Positions 11,891 to 26,024 of a DNA stretch of 64,000 bases are shown here, in pieces. Every line of letters begins with the position of its first letter. The first letter of the stretch is position 1. Position numbers and translations under genes: made by a program. Origin of the DNA: Nemertoderma westbladi (Eukaryota; Animalia; Xenacoelomorpha); contig JAUCBJ010009134.1 in assembly GCA_032718475.1 (NCBI GenBank), positions 1 to 64,000 of the forward strand, in the 5' to 3' direction. The notes below the pieces were generated by a model. That model was not told the DNA's origin. It saw only the letters and a program-made list of their open reading frames with translations, and did no database searches.

Positions 11891-13049
11891 TTTCCTAAAA
11901 TGCAAGAGGTTACTAATTATAATGCTTATGTAATTAAGTTAATTATAATACCTTAACTTTATTGAAAACCGCTTCCTTCACCTAATGGGGGTAGGTTGTA
12001 AAATGTATTACTTTAACTTAAAATTTATATTATTTTTAATTATAAGTTTGTTTCTGGCAGGGAGTGGGGGGGGGGGGGGGGGGGTGGGAATTTATAATAA
12101 TAATAATGTATTGAATGAATTGAATTGAATTGAATTGAATTTTAATTGTATTAATTATGTACAAGGGGTACACTCACTTATGAATATTCCCACATTGTTT
12201 CAACATATTGTTTCCCACATCGACAATGCAGAAAGTCTGTGGGGGAGTTTGCCGTGGACTTAAGGGGATGGGCAACCTTCAGGACATGTTTGTCTTGAAA
12301 TGTTGCAGGACATCACTACCGATCGTCTGGTCTATGTTCTGCCACACATATTATTTTCGTCATGGCAGTTCACGTCGCTCTTTTTCACACTAGACCAGAT
12401 GAGAGTATTGAAGTAACCGAGGTTCCAGTTGGGTAACGTAGTTTAATCAAGAAAAGCAATATCAACGAACAACTAAATAATCCCATGGTACCTTTCGATA
12501 TATTCCAAAATAATCATCATCAGCCAAATAAAATAAAATAAAACAACATACTGACAGAAACTCAAAGTTCAGTAATTATAACTATTTACTAAGTACGCCT
12601 AAATGTGTACAACAGTTTATAAATTTTGAATTGAGTGACATGACAGGCTAGATTAAAGGTACACGTTCGTGGGGCCTTCGCGCAGCACGAGGCCCAGTTA
12701 TGAGATACAAATTAAAATTGTGCGACTGTATCACAAAATCAGGTTATGAGAGATTAACCCACACCACCAATTAATCAAAGAAAGGGGGACAGTATGTGTT
12801 CACCCCTTTTAATCTGCACCCCCCCCCCCCCCTCCCCCACCCACCAATACATAACCGCGACATCTACCACCCACGGAAGGGTAGCACGAACTTATTTCCA
12901 AACGCACGTTCAATATGCAAAGCCAGGTGGTTTATAGGAATATAATCAATGCAGTACTCGTCTTCATTATAAGCCTCTTTGCGTTCTACCTGTTTTGTAT
13001 TAAAATATATTTATTAAACGCAGGCTGACGCTCTTTATAATAATAATAC

Positions 13050-13400
13050 CTAGGGATGCCAGCTTCCAGACTTCCAATCTTTACTGCCGCGCAAACCCCG
13101 CAGAGGAAGTTTTGGTTTGAGAGATCAAGCCCATCGGCAATTGGTGTTTCAATTTCGGTCCAGGAACTCTGACAATGGGAGCATTCAATCTTAGCTGTGG
13201 TCCATTCCCGTGGTTTCGGCTTCCTTTTCTTCGTCCCAATGACAGATTCTTCTGAAGACGTTCGATTCGTTTTCAGTTTATTGTTGGCGCTTGTGTTTTG
13301 AAGTTGTATTTGAGTGGACAGTCGCGCCGGTTTCGAGGTAACCATACCGACCTGTGATAAGCGTTGGTTTTGTTGAGTGGCGGTATTCATCTTCTCTCAT
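13050..13400 (-). mobile_element. Probable LINE ORF1 5' fragment with a Cys-rich finger
   Basis: CSHC...FLCGVC followed by a coiled-coil-like start (ORF 12986-13390); truncated. Confidence 0.4.
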
Positions 13401-14294
13401 CTCTTCAATGTCAGATGTTGCAAATACTGATAACACGAATAACGGTATATATTTCAATACTTGTCAATAGTAATATATATAATTTAGATAACTATTTTAT
13501 ATCTGTACTGTTGAGCAAACTCTATATAAATGTCAACCTGTGTATCGCCGGTAGTGCTGTTGCTGTGCAAGTGCTGAAGTGCCAGTTGCCACCGGTCATG
13601 CAGTCAGCCGGTACCGGTAGTAGGGTGGTACCATGGCCTACTACACACAGGCCATGACAAGGACTTTGCTGTGAAATTAGCGTAGGCTGACTGATGAATT
13701 ATCAAATATTATATTTTCTATGAATGCAAGGTCCATATTTAAAAGAAGATGACTAGATTTTCGTAAAGAATTTAATTGAAACAGTATTTAATAATTAATA
13801 AATTAATTATCGCTCGAGTTCCTGCAGCTTTTATTCGTTTGTGGCTGCCTCTGGCTGTGTTTGTGGCAGGAATGTTTGAACGCTAATAAGTCGGTCAATC
13901 ATGGATGACATGGAACCAAACTTGGTACACATGTAGTCTATAAAAAATTTAGAAATTCTACACACATTCAGACTTCTACAGTTCCCCGGTCTGCCGCTAG
14001 GGGGCGAATTAACAGAAACGTAAAAATAGCTGTAATTATAGAACCAACGATCAGATTCATCTGAAATTTAGTAGTAGTTACCTAAGAGCATTGCTTAATT
14101 AGAAATTCTACAGAGACTTTTACAGTTCCTGTCTGCCGCTAGTGGGGAATTGTTAGAGCTACAGTTCAACGTGCTTAGCACGGTTTAATAAACAATCAAT
14201 TAATTATTTTATTCAATACAGTAATTATAACAAATATTAATTAAATTAATAAAGTAAATTAATGCAATGTATTCTATTTTTTAGTAAAATCAAG

Positions 14295-14535
14295 ATATAG
14301 GAGGGGGGGTGGGACTGGACGCAAATCCCATCTTGGCGAATTAATATCCCGCCTCAATATTAATTTCTCAATTTTGGGAAAGGAGCAGGTTACAGTGGCA
14401 CGTTATTTTAACCAAAACAATAAAGTAAACACAATAGAACAGGTTACAGTTTTATTTTTGAGAGTAATCAGCTGTTGTTATTTGCGTCCAATTTCCCCTG
14501 CCCTGGAGAGGGATGAATTTTTATTGCGTCCAGTT
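14295..14535 (-). repeat. Dispersed repeat, inverted copy of ~52905-53150
   Basis: gaaaggagcaggttacagtggcacgttattttaaccaaaacaataaa matches the reverse complement of 53005-53052. Confidence 0.85.
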
Positions 14536-15849
14536 CTATCTTGAAATCAAATACCAAAAATATATTTATTATATGAACAATCTATTTGGAAATTGTAAGT
14601 TCGGCCTATCTCTTTACCATAAGCTCATTATCTATATCTGGTGTGTTTTTATTATTTTACCAATTATTTAATATGTTTGATAGAATTGAACAACACCGCC
14701 CAACACAACCAACTCTCTATCCACCTCGAGCATCGAGAATACGAGAAACTCGATCGAAATACCTGCTTATACCAGTAGTATCCGTCCGTAGTCACCGGAC
14801 TGCTGCGGTTTACTCCCATAGAACAGTAGAATTCCCGCAGCTTCCGACCTAATTCGACAACGAATTCGCTTCACACTTTCACGTCACAGAGAACGTAATC
14901 CAGTGCGATAACGTCTGCCCAACGTTCAACCATTTCCCCCAGGCGATCCCAGGATCCGGGCCGCCGCTAAACCCAGATCGCAATCCTCGTCGATTCGTCC
15001 AGTCGTCGACGTAAGTGAGAAAGTGGGACTCTTCCCACCGCACTTCAAGGTGGGTGACCGGAGTGAGGCATGAGGAACTTGGCAGTGGCCCGCATTACGA
15101 TCTGACTGACCGCCGTATTCCCAGTGTCTGAGTGTAGTAAATACCCAAATAGAATCATACTGACAAACAAGCAATTCCGTAGTATTCCCCCGTTAATCAC
15201 CTCTTGAAGCAACTCGGCTGCTCGGGTCCAGATACATCGGACTGTCGGGAGCGTTTCAGACAGTAATGGAGCGGCATTTGCGAATATTTCCAATGGTTTT
15301 ATAATCAATAAGGGGATTCAACAGTTCAATGCTAAAACAAATGGATTATTCCTAACCCCAATATGCCTTAAACTGAAGCATACTGTATATCTATAATCTA
15401 TACCCAAGACTAAGAACAATCATGAACTAATGTTGATGTTAGTTTATATTATAATGTAGTGTAGGAGTGTGCATCCATGCATGAATAATGTGAAAGATTA
15501 TACCTACTGATGTTCTACTAATATATGGTTGGTTCGGTTGGTTTGATTGGTAAGATAAATAAACAATTATATAGAGAGAGTACACATTGTGTCTTATTAC
15601 CTACAACTACTCAGTACAGTTGTAGGTAAGACACAATGATTTATTGATACAATGTTACTGACCACCAGTTGAGTAATTTTATTAATAAAAAAAAGTAAAT
15701 AAATACGTAAATTATAGATAAAATGTTTGAAAATATGGGATTTTTTATGAAGATTGTGGACTGGTCCATATCTTACAACTTCTGATCTACGCCAGTCCTT
15801 CATTGTATAATCAATGAGCTTATATACTGTATATATATATATATAAATA

Positions 15850-17045
15850 AGTAATAATATTTAGTATTAATTGAATAATAAAATAGTTGTTTTATTAAAA
15901 GCCACACAGGAAACTTTCTAATTTGTTATATAATATTCATCAAGGCATGCTTGAAGCCAAAAAAACTAGTTTTCATGTATGGGAAAGAGTACCAATCATC
16001 CTTTGTTAAATGTAATAATATTTAGTATTAAATAAATAATTAAATAGCATTTATATTAAAAGCCACCCATGAAACTTTCTACAGTACAGGCCACCAGAAA
16101 AAGCAGATTTCTTCCAATGTGATCACATGTGAACACATTTGTTCAAGTCATCTGATTGGCAGGTTATGGTGAGTTATCTTCTAGATCACACAGCAGGAGG
16201 CTAACTTGCTGGGACCAACAAAAGCTTTGTGTGCGGTGCGCCTGTATGTCTGTTATCAGGTAGATGAGAGAGCCCCCAGGGCGTAACATTGCGGAAATGG
16301 GCTGTATTGGTAGAGAGAGAACTACTTCAGGTTCATGGAGTGTATGGGAGTGGATGGGTATATGGATGGAGGAGCCTAGACCATTGAATAAATAATTTAG
16401 TGCAGGGAGATTTCGCGCCATTAGTCTGACACCGAGAGGGCACAGAGAAACACCAGAAGATGCCTTAACATCACTAACTATGGGCCTACTAGACACTATT
16501 AACCGTACACTATAAAGGTAAACAAAATCCTTATCGCATTTCCAGCTGCAGTGAGTGACAGTTCGCGGCAAACTACAGAGAGTTTCCAGATTACTAAGCG
16601 TTTCAAAAGTATTCAATTGTATCCTTTGGCGAAAAAATGTTGGTTGTTGCCGATTCAATTATGTTCAATTCTGTTCAATTGTCCCGTTCAACAACATTAC
16701 ATTACACTGGTACACATTTGATAAAATGTGTTCACAATTGTACAAATCTGCGTTTTCTGGTGGCCTGTACTGTAATTTTTTATATTTTATTCATCAAGAC
16801 ATGCTTGGAGCCAAACAAACTTGTTTTCATGTATGGGATGGGGTAAAAAAATCCTTAGTTAAAGATAATAATATTTAGTATTAAATAAATAATTAAATAG
16901 CATTTATATTAAAAGCCACCCATGAAACTTTTACTATTTTTTTCATCGAGACATGATTAGAGCAAAAAAACTCGTTTTCAGGAATGGGGTAACATCCTTT
17001 GTTAAAGGTAATAATATTTAGTATTAAATAAATAATTAAATAGCA
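15850..17045. repeat. Array of ~150-bp AT-rich units, probably subterminal repeats of the hAT element at 22-24 kb; resumes at 21820-22030 after the LINE
   Basis: taataatatttagtatta...taaatag...tattaaaagccac(c)catgaaa recurs at ~15852, 16013, 16866, 17009, 21825 and 21941. Confidence 0.75.
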
Positions 17046-17293
17046 TTATATTTATATTTATTTAATCTTTAATCCAGGCAAATGGGGCGCCCATAAAAAC
17101 ACAAATGACAAACAGAAATAAGCACAATGTTACAAGTACATAATTAAAGTATTACCAATATTAAACAAGCAAATTAATAGTTAGTTAGGCCTGTGTGATA
17201 GGGTAAAATAATATAGAATAATATTAATGATAATTAAAAATTACAACAAAGCAAATAACTAGGCGTACTACAATAAAACACCACAGCTCAGCT

Positions 17294-20195
17294 CAGATAA
17301 TGACGATGTTGTCCCTCTCCCTGATGCGGCTGGTGCTGTAGGTACCTTCGAAAACACGTTTCACAAGAATGTTCCCAGTATTGGACACACGATGTAAAAG
17401 GGATGTTATTGCATTGAAACGAATATGAATAAATTTCGGCAGATTAAGCTGTCCAAACATTAAAGACACACTACAGTCAAACCTGAAACCGAAAAGTTTT
17501 CTGGCTATATTATTGTACCCTACTCGTAATTTATTGTAAACTGCTAAACTAAAATTACGTCTAGACCAAAGAGCAGTACAGTAGAATTGAGTGCAAAAAC
17601 TACGGAAAAGTATTTTCTTTACTGTTATGGAACAGAAAGAGAATTTTCTGATGAGAAGATTGCCTCTGTGTACAGGCTGTGTAGCTGATTGACGATGTCA
17701 AAATCGTCGTCAGTAGTTTCATGAAGTATATGTCCAAGATATTTGAATTTTGAAACAATTTCTAATTTAGATCCAGCAACAAAAATGTCATTATGTACAA
17801 AAGATGTGTTCCCTTTCGGTGTGTAGATCATGGCTTTAGATTTTTTAATATTAATTTTGATATCGTGCTCCAGAGCATAATTTTCATAGATTCCAATTAA
17901 TTTATTCAGACCAAAAATTGAGTTAGAACAGAGAGCTAAGTCATCTGCATAAAACACGTGGTTAGCGCGCGTATTTTTTATTGCACAACCTACGTTAGAG
18001 TTATTAAAAAATATACTTAGGTCATCTACATAGATACAGTACAAACCAGGTGATAGTATGCCCCCCTGTTTGGTTCCGTTTGAAACCGAAAAACTGGCGG
18101 ACAGCACCCCACCCCACCTAACGGTTAGTGATTGAAATCGGTACCAGTATCTAAGGATACGTACAAAGTAAATTGGCAGCTTACGGTCAATTAATTTAGC
18201 AAACAGTTTATAATGATTAATTAGGTCGAAGGCCTTAGAAGAGTCAAGATATACTATGTAAACAGGACTGTCGTTATCGAGATAAAACTGAATAATTTCT
18301 TTCAGTGTGGCAACAGCAAGTTCAGTACCTACACCCTCTTTGAACCCAAACTGCGAATCAGTAGTTAGTAGTAAACTTTTAAAACGATTGAGATATATTA
18401 ACTCAAGTACTTTACTAGAAACATTAGCAATAGCAATAGCGCGATAATTATCGAAATCAGTAAGATCCCCGTTTTTATCCTTTACTAACGGGATTAACTG
18501 ACTCACAATAAAAGAGTGTGAGATAAAGCCATGGACATTAAATGTGGTAAATAACTTAGAAAAATGTACTGCAAGACTGCAAGGGCCGAACTTAAAATGT
18601 TCGGCAGCTAAACCATCCGGACCAGCTGTTTTGCCGGTTGACAGCTTGCTGAACACATCAACAACCTCATCTGCAGATACAATCATCTCATCAGAAAATA
18701 CAACAGAATCAAACAATTTCTCAACATGATCTTTTAATCCATCATTATCTACAGAATTGTACAAACCAGAAAACTTTTCTTTGAAAAGGTCACAGATTTG
18801 CTGCTCACCTACAGCATCGCCCACCTTACTGGGCAGAGGCACAGTAGAACTGCAATTACTCTTAACATTACGCCAAAAATCATTCGCGTTGTTAGCATAG
18901 ACAGAATGGGCCATTAAATCGGAACGAATCTGCTGTTCATTCCGTTTACAGTCCTTAAGTGACCGTTTGAATTCCAATTTAGATTTAATGTAAATCTGAA
19001 ACATAGGTCCAGATCTAGGGCAGCCATTTGACTTCCAAAGTCTAAAGAACATTTTAGATTCATCGTATTTAAATTTTAGAATATCATTCCAACCGGGAAT
19101 AACATTCGGACCGTTATTATAGTTGCGATGTTTTTGGGGCAATGTTTTTACAGAGGCAGTACGCATTGCAGCAATAACATTCTCATAATAATCGTTAATA
19201 TCAGATTTGTGTACACTACAGTTGCACAACCCATTGGTACAATTTAACGCATCAAAGGGTATATTAACTGAATTTAATAAAGAATTAAGAAGGGTGGAAT
19301 ACGATTCACGTTCACAATCAGACACTTTTACCCAATCAGTGTTATCTCGCACAGAATCACCGCCCTCTCCAGACACATTAGGTTCTGGGGAAGATAGATA
19401 ACCCGGAGCAAAATTAATGTCGGTTACAACCGGCATATGATCGAAAGTGCATTGATCGTAATCAACAGATACATTTGTTATTAAATTGCTAGCACCCATA
19501 GAGCTGACCACGTGGTCCAGCCAGGAACAGGTTCCATGGGCGGCACTGACAAAGGTAAAAGTATCTGGAGGTAATACATTTATATCCGAGAATATAAATT
19601 TATTACTCAAGCACCATTGTTGTAAATAATTAAAGTATCTAGAGTCAAGGGATGCATTAAAGTCCCCTATTGCACAGCACAGTGAAGTATCAGCACAATC
19701 AAATATTGCTGCGATTTTTCCTAAACAATTAAGAAATTCATTGTCATTATCTGAGCACTGATATGGGAGGTAGGTGTTAACTAAAAGAATAGACTGGTTA
19801 TTAACGCTGCTAATTTTAATACCAAAGAGTCTATTATCATCAAAATTTATGATGTCAACAGACCCGGCTAAACTAGATTTGTAAAGGATACCGAGACCAC
19901 CGGAGGGTCTCCCGTTAATTAAGTTTAAACTGAGGTCACAGGGAGATATACCCTGGGCGTAATAGCGACTATCAATGGACGACAAAAAACCTATGTCCTG
20001 TACAGGTAACATATGCTCCTGTAAGAATATAATGTCACAGGATAGATCACACAGGCCTCTAATTGCACTTAACGAATGTGGTGTTCGCACAGAGTTGCAG
20101 TTGTAAGAGGCAACTTTAAGGTTGCCGATATTCTCAGTTATTCGACTTGTTGATGCCATTGATACAAATAATAAAATGTACAAAAATATATTCAT
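17294..20195 (-). CDS. LINE ORF2: APE endonuclease plus reverse transcriptase, with one frameshift near 17665
   Basis: SYNCNS, FLQEH, GDFNA, WLDH, DHMPV (endonuclease); YLDSSKAFD, GTKQGGILSP, YADD, FKYLG (RT). The C-terminus continues in another frame (GNLLIRKFSFCS...LRVGYNN...). Confidence 0.92.
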
Positions 20196-20275
20196 AATTG
20201 GTTATTGCTTAAAAAGTATAAAAAAATATTAAAACTGAAAATTGATTAAGATAAATTAATATATATATATTTAGG

Positions 20276-21673
20276 TTATGAGGTATCGGGACCGGTACTA
20301 ATGCTTTTCTCCGAAATAACGGCGTTACTTACATCAGTTACCGGTACCTGCTGATGGGTGCCCGGTTGGGAATCCGCTCTAGGTGTTAGTGGTGTCACTC
20401 CGACCGATGTAACCTGCTGCTGAGGTTGTGAGGAGCTACGGGCAGCCGAGAGGGAACCGGTAGGCCGCTGTTGGGAGACGAAGTTACCGATACGACAGTA
20501 ACGGGGCCAGATATCACCATCAAGAAGAATATCCGCTTCTTCATCTTTACAGCTGATAATGAACGAACGGTACGATGGATTTGGGTTGGAACCAATGGCC
20601 ATACACTTGATATCCAGGTTAACGTTACACTTTACGAAAGCCGTAATCTCCTGAGCTTGAACCTCGGGGGCACAACCAGTTAAGAACAACTTGCGAAGTG
20701 GCTGAACAGTGGCAAACCCCAATGAGCTGGACTTACCATGAATGTATTTTGTTCGATGACCCGGTGGCTGCGAGCGACGCCCGTCATCTCCAGATCCGCG
20801 AGCCGGTACTTTGCGAGCACTCGTTGGTTTCTTATCCTTAACTGGTTTGCCGGCACGCCCAACCTTGACGTATGGCACCACCCCGCCATCCCCTCTGTGG
20901 GTCGGCCAGGAAGAGGTAGTTACATTCGACTGAATTGGACGTGGTATGACCTCTTCGATCGATGCGGTAGACTCGGAGTCGGAATCCAGCTGATCAGTAC
21001 CGGTAAGGTCAGGTACCAAATAAATTGACTTAGGGATAGGTTTCTTCTTTCTCTGCCTCTTGGACTTGGACAAAGAATTAACAGCCTCCGCGACATTCAG
21101 ACCACCAGAGACCGAACTGAGGCCTGTACTAGTACAAGTGCCGGTAGCAGTATCGGGGGTTGCAGCAGAACAGCTGACAACAGTCGGGGCATTTAGATTA
21201 CTCTCCATTACCGCAATACGATCCTGGAGAGAGCTAACCATGTTTAGAAGGAACAGCATATCAGAGTCTGTGGACCCAAACGGTGGGATAACAGATAGAT
21301 CGCACGGAACGAAAATTGGCCTAGGTTCCAAGGACTGGAACCCTGGAAATTCGAACATCTCTAGGATATCCTTTACAATAAGTTTCCTCATATCCTCACC
21401 TTGTTTCCTGTTCTTCGCGAAGCTCTGTTTCGAAAGACCAGCTCTCCTCTCGTTCGAGCTACCCGAACCCGACGATAGCAAATCTAAGATAAGGGTCTTG
21501 GCCTCCTTCAGCAGCGCATCTGGAAACTTTGGCCACGGCCCAATGACAGCGGCAATTGAGTTGGGGTGCAACCCACGGGTGTGGGCAGTCCAGATGTAGG
21601 CTAAAATATCATTCCCTACATGACAGCAGGGACTAACAGCAACATCGGGTGGTATGTCCTCATCTAAGGTCAT
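20276..21673 (-). CDS. LINE ORF1 (465 aa; coiled coil plus C-terminal RRM-like domain)
   Basis: Intact ORF directly upstream of ORF2; LFLTGCAP...YRSFIIS...IWPRYCRIGNF pattern typical of RTEX-type ORF1. Confidence 0.8.
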   Translation of the reverse strand: MTLDEDIPPDVAVSPCCHVGNDILAYIWTAHTRGLHPNSIAAVIGPWPKFPDALLKEAKTLILDLLSSGSGSSNERRAGLSKQSFAKNRKQGEDMRKLIVKDILEMFEFPGFQSLEPRPIFVPCDLSVIPPFGSTDSDMLFLLNMVSSLQDRIAVMESNLNAPTVVSCSAATPDTATGTCTSTGLSSVSGGLNVAEAVNSLSKSKRQRKKKPIPKSIYLVPDLTGTDQLDSDSESTASIEEVIPRPIQSNVTTSSWPTHRGDGGVVPYVKVGRAGKPVKDKKPTSARKVPARGSGDDGRRSQPPGHRTKYIHGKSSSLGFATVQPLRKLFLTGCAPEVQAQEITAFVKCNVNLDIKCMAIGSNPNPSYRSFIISCKDEEADILLDGDIWPRYCRIGNFVSQQRPTGSLSAARSSSQPQQQVTSVGVTPLTPRADSQPGTHQQVPVTDVSNAVISEKSISTGPDTS

Positions 21674-22099
21674 ACTCGCTGTGGTGCAGCAGTAGGTCAG
21701 TAGGTACCAGGGTCCGGGACCGGGGTAGGCAGGTAGGTGGTAGGTACTATCTGTAATATGGCTGAGTACACACGGTACAGTAGTACAGTACTGCAGTACT
21801 ACTGTAGGCCTTTTGTCATAGTAATGTAATATTAAAAGCCACCCGTGAAATTTTAAATTTTTTTATTTTGTGCACAAAGTGACACCAATGGAGCAAAATA
21901 AACCTGTCAATATGTTTGGGGGAGTAAGTGTTGAAATTTAGTAATATGATTAGTATTAAATAATTACTTAAATAGTATTAATATAAAAAGCCACCCATGA
22001 AATATTTTAATTTTTGTCAATTTTTACATTAGGGGACCAACCTTTGCCAAAAACCAAGTTAAGCCCCACTGTGAATAAATGCAAATTAATCTCAATTTG

Positions 22100-24060
22100 C
22101 TTCATATACTAAGTAATAAATTATAAATTGGTAATATGGGTAACAAATAATATATAACTAAACTAACCTGTTTAAGTAGATCCATTTCCCTTGAATTTAA
22201 AGAGTTCCTATCTCCTTCCCTGATTTCTATGAGTGCTCCTACGATTGGGTGTTTCTTGTCAAGGAAACACTCTATCATGAGGAACGTGGAGCTCCATCGC
22301 GTCGGTGAGTCCGTGCATAGCACTCGTTCAGGACGGTTCTCAACTTTCTGGGCCTCTCTTAATGCATCCATCGCTTTAGGACTATGGTGGAAGAATGCTG
22401 CTATCTTGCGAACTTTATCGATACAACTGGAGATGTCAGTTAGGGTCTTTATTGCATTTGTAACAACCAAATGCAAAGTGTGGGCAAAACACCCGACATG
22501 AGACCAATTGTTCTCAGTGATAGCCAACACCATTATTTGAGGCGTTATCTCTAAACATCAGGTGCAACTTTTGATCCTCTCCACCAGCTAGACCCCACAT
22601 ACCTAGAATATTCTTTAATACCGTAGCAATATCGCGGGCATTATGAGACCCTGGGAATGGTTGGCAATCAAGTAAGTACGACACTCTTCCTAACCCAAGT
22701 GCTATTTATGAAGTGTATAGTTAGGCTAATATAGCTATCCTGGCGCGCAGAAGATCATATATCGGTTGTGGCAGTGAAACACTTAACTTCTTTATCTAGG
22801 ATTATTTTAAGTTTACCGGCTACTCTTTTAAATGCATCTGGTATTAGAACAGTTCAAATATGTGTCTCGCTTGGGAGAGTATATCGTGGATTTAATGTAT
22901 TAATAAAGACGCCGAATCGTTCGTTGTTAATAAGGTGATATAGAAGCATACCATTGCAGATCCATTCGATTAGCTGACTGTCTAATGTTTTCTTTATCGG
23001 ACTGTTGGAGGTGTACTTGGATTTCGGAACATACTCTGATAGGGTTGTCTGACGCAACGGCACAGCTGTAGATAAGGAACACGCGGATGAAACTTCCACC
23101 ACATCAGACACCTTTATCTAGGATTATTTTAAGTTTACCGGCTACTCTTTTAAATGCGTCTGGTATTAGAACAGTTCGAATATGTGTATCACTTGGGAGA
23201 GTATATCGTGGATTTAATGTATTAATAAAGATGCCGAATCGTTCGTTGTTACTAAGGTGATATAGAAGCATACCATTGCCTATCCATTCGATTAGCTGAC
23301 TGTCTAATTTTTTCTTTATCGGACTGTTGGAGGTGTACTTGGATTTCGGAACATACTCTGATAGGGTTGTCTGACGCAATGGCACAGCTATAGATAAGGA
23401 ACACGCGGATGAAACTTCCACCACATCAGACACAAGACTATATATGGAACCTTCTTTGGCCTTCTTGAGACATCGTTCCTTATCTAGTGCATCCTGCAGG
23501 GCTTTCACTTCCTTGAATGACGATACGTGGTGGGACTCTAAATGGCGATACAGGGGACCATTTCCGAACGATCTGAGTTTACCACCGGTTTTTCCTCTTG
23601 ACACCTTAATCCCACACCCCCGACCTTACATATTGCCTTCGACTTATCCGTTGAATAAATCAAATAATATCCCCAAATGGACGACGAATCTACATTATGA
23701 CGTTTACGAGAGGAAGAGGCAGACTCCGCTAACATCAGAAGGCCTCGTGGTGGAGGTGGTTGTGGCGGAGGGCCTAGTTGCAGCGACGACACTGTACGTT
23801 ATCACTCACATTCCCTTCGTCATCGTCACTACTGTCCGAGGGTGATTCCGATGGCACGTACACATCTTCACCACCTGATATACCGGAAATGGTACGGTCG
23901 GAAATACTAGCATTTCCGGCACTGGTACAGGATTTACCGTCAACTAGGGTGTGGTCGGACGTTTTTAGAGGTCTTCGGCGCGTCGGTAGAACCACTCGAC
24001 CTGGTTTACAAATTTTTGTTGGCTGAACTTAACATTGCACATCTTGGCCATATATCCAAA
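22100..24060 (-). mobile_element. hAT (Ac/hobo-like) transposase pseudogene with BED finger
   Basis: SSIWGYY...KAICKV (BED), LNPRYTLPS, HVGCFAHTLHLVV (CxxH), TRWSSTFLMIE; frameshifts. Confidence 0.9.
22790..23432. repeat. Internal tandem duplication (~320 bp x2) within the hAT transposase
   Basis: ORFs 22854-23111 and 23104-23604 share the near-identical peptide SDVVEVSSACSLS.AVPLRQTTLSEYVPKSKY... Confidence 0.92.
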
Positions 24061-24329
24061 CCAAAAAAAATGCAAAAAAAAATATTCTTGTGTCATTTTT
24101 TTTTAAATTATGTGTCTATTAGTTGTTATTTTGTAAATTAAAAGAGCGGATTCCGGATTTTAAGTGAAAATTTCCAAAAAATTCAATATATTAAATTTTA
24201 TTTGATATAAAGGTCAGACAGTCAGACAAGTTGAAAATGTACAGGTCTGGGCTAAAATTACTTAGCTTGGTGGCTCCAATAGAGATTCGGTCCATTATTA
24301 CTACATATTTCCATTCAGGCCTACAAGAA

Positions 24330-24820
24330 ACTACTATTTTAGTACTGGAAGAAAACGTGCATTCTAGAAGCGCAATAGAAACCAGTAAGACAGCAAAAAT
24401 ACTTAACAGTTTATGTATATTGGGATAGTATGTAGGATTACAAAGTTCAAGTGCAGCAGAGCAGTCATGAAGTGGCAGTAGTTAGCGAGTTGCACAAAAT
24501 CTGCCAAGCTTCGAACTCGACTTGGATTTCCTGCTCAGTTCTATTAAGAAAGAAGATTCATGTGACTTAAATCTATTATCAATTTGAACTATTAGATTGT
24601 CTAAGAATGGGATAAATATGGAGAATTTGAAATATTCCTCAGGGCTTCCGGCTGGTGTGTTGTTTCGCTTTGTTTGGCGGCCCACAACTCTTGGCATTCG
24701 GATTTTATTTCTAAATATAAGGGTCCTACTTTCTCCTGGGCTAAACCAAACAATACTTTAAATTTGTCGTCGCTGTTGCGCCAGGTGTGAATGAGTTCTT
24801 TAACTATGTTCACTTGATTT
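24330..24820 (-). mobile_element. hAT (Tip100/ZMYM-like) transposase C-terminal fragment
   Basis: PRVVGRQTKRNN...EEYFKFSIFIPFLD...RF and YPNIHKLLSIFAVLLVS (hAT dimerisation domain start). Confidence 0.85.
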
Positions 24821-25616
24821 TCATCACTTGATTTCTCAGACTATTCTAGCCCTTTCTGTTCACCGCACCTAGGCTGTTGCATCGTGGACGACCAGACCCA
24901 CGGCCTCTCGGAGCCGTATAACATTGGCCGCTGACTGCCCTAGTTAACGAAATATTCCTCACATTCACACATAACGCTCCGTTGATACTGTGATTTCTGT
25001 GTCACCTCTGTAACTGATATATTTCAGTATCATTTATATTTCTGGTTAGAAACACACAACACCCACCTGTTCCTTAATTTATGTGTCATAATCTGTTAAT
25101 AACAAATTATTTAAAAACATCCATAAGAACAAAACCCACTTGCCTTGCTATGATTATATCATTATGCCAATCCTAATCATTAGAAAGGACACACCATACT
25201 AAAGTGTAGGCCTAGGTAGGATAGGACTGTATTAACACCATGGATAATAAATATATTACTTTTTTTCTTAGATTATAAAGAAGATTGTATTCTTCCGATA
25301 ATGGACTGGGAAAGAATTCGATCAGAAGATCCGTTGAATTCGTCATAAACAGATGCCCATAATTCTTCATTGAGCTCAATCGGATCGTAATCCTCCTTCG
25401 CTTCGCAAATTGATAACCCTGCACCGCATCAGGTAATTTCGAACCCTCCCCCGCCTCAGAACCCGGAACCGGTAACTAATGAAAGTTAGTTAGCATGGTA
25501 AGATCGATTACAAATGCATGGGCGGCCCAATTGGAATCCGATCAACCAAACATAAGAAAACGCAAAATAAGGAAAATTAAATGATGCAGTCTTCTGCGAT
25601 GATGAAGATTAATCTA

Positions 25617-25787
25617 TTAGCTTACGGGAACTTTGATTAGTCAGTTGGTGTGCGGGATATATTTCTTTAAATATTTAATAGGGCAGTGGCACCGTCAATA
25701 GCTTACGGAAACTTTGATTTGTCAGTTGGTGTGCGGGATATATTTCTATAAATATTTAATAGAACAGTAGCGCCATCATTAGCTTAT
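25617..25787. repeat. Tandem repeat, ~82 bp x2
   Basis: agcttacgg(g/a)aactttgatt(a/t)gtcagttggtgtgcgggatatatttc occurs at ~25619 and ~25700. Confidence 0.9.
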
Positions 25788-26024
25788 TTTGTTGGATAAT
25801 ATATAAGTTTTTTATATCAATTTAAAGCCAATATTCTAACTTAGATTTTGGTCTGTGTTTGGAATTTCAACATTGTCATGGAAACAAGATACAACCAGTG
25901 GAATTCAAAATCCAGATTTTATACATTCGTAGGTGTATGTATTTATTTTATGAGAAAGTTAGTGTTGCTATGGAAATAAGACTAGCTACCATTTTGGTTC
26001 ACTCTTGTGTTTTAAATTGGAAGC

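Larger units (their letters stand above)
17045..21805 (-). mobile_element. Full-length non-LTR retrotransposon (RTEX-like) with ORF1 and ORF2
   Basis: Two tandem minus-strand ORFs, an AT-rich 3' tail near 17045-17070, and an interrupted repeat array on both sides. Confidence 0.9.

Noticed and set aside
24860-24950. HDV-like ribozyme (TCCACG loop on the minus strand)
   Set aside because: P1 and P3 pairings could not be completed.
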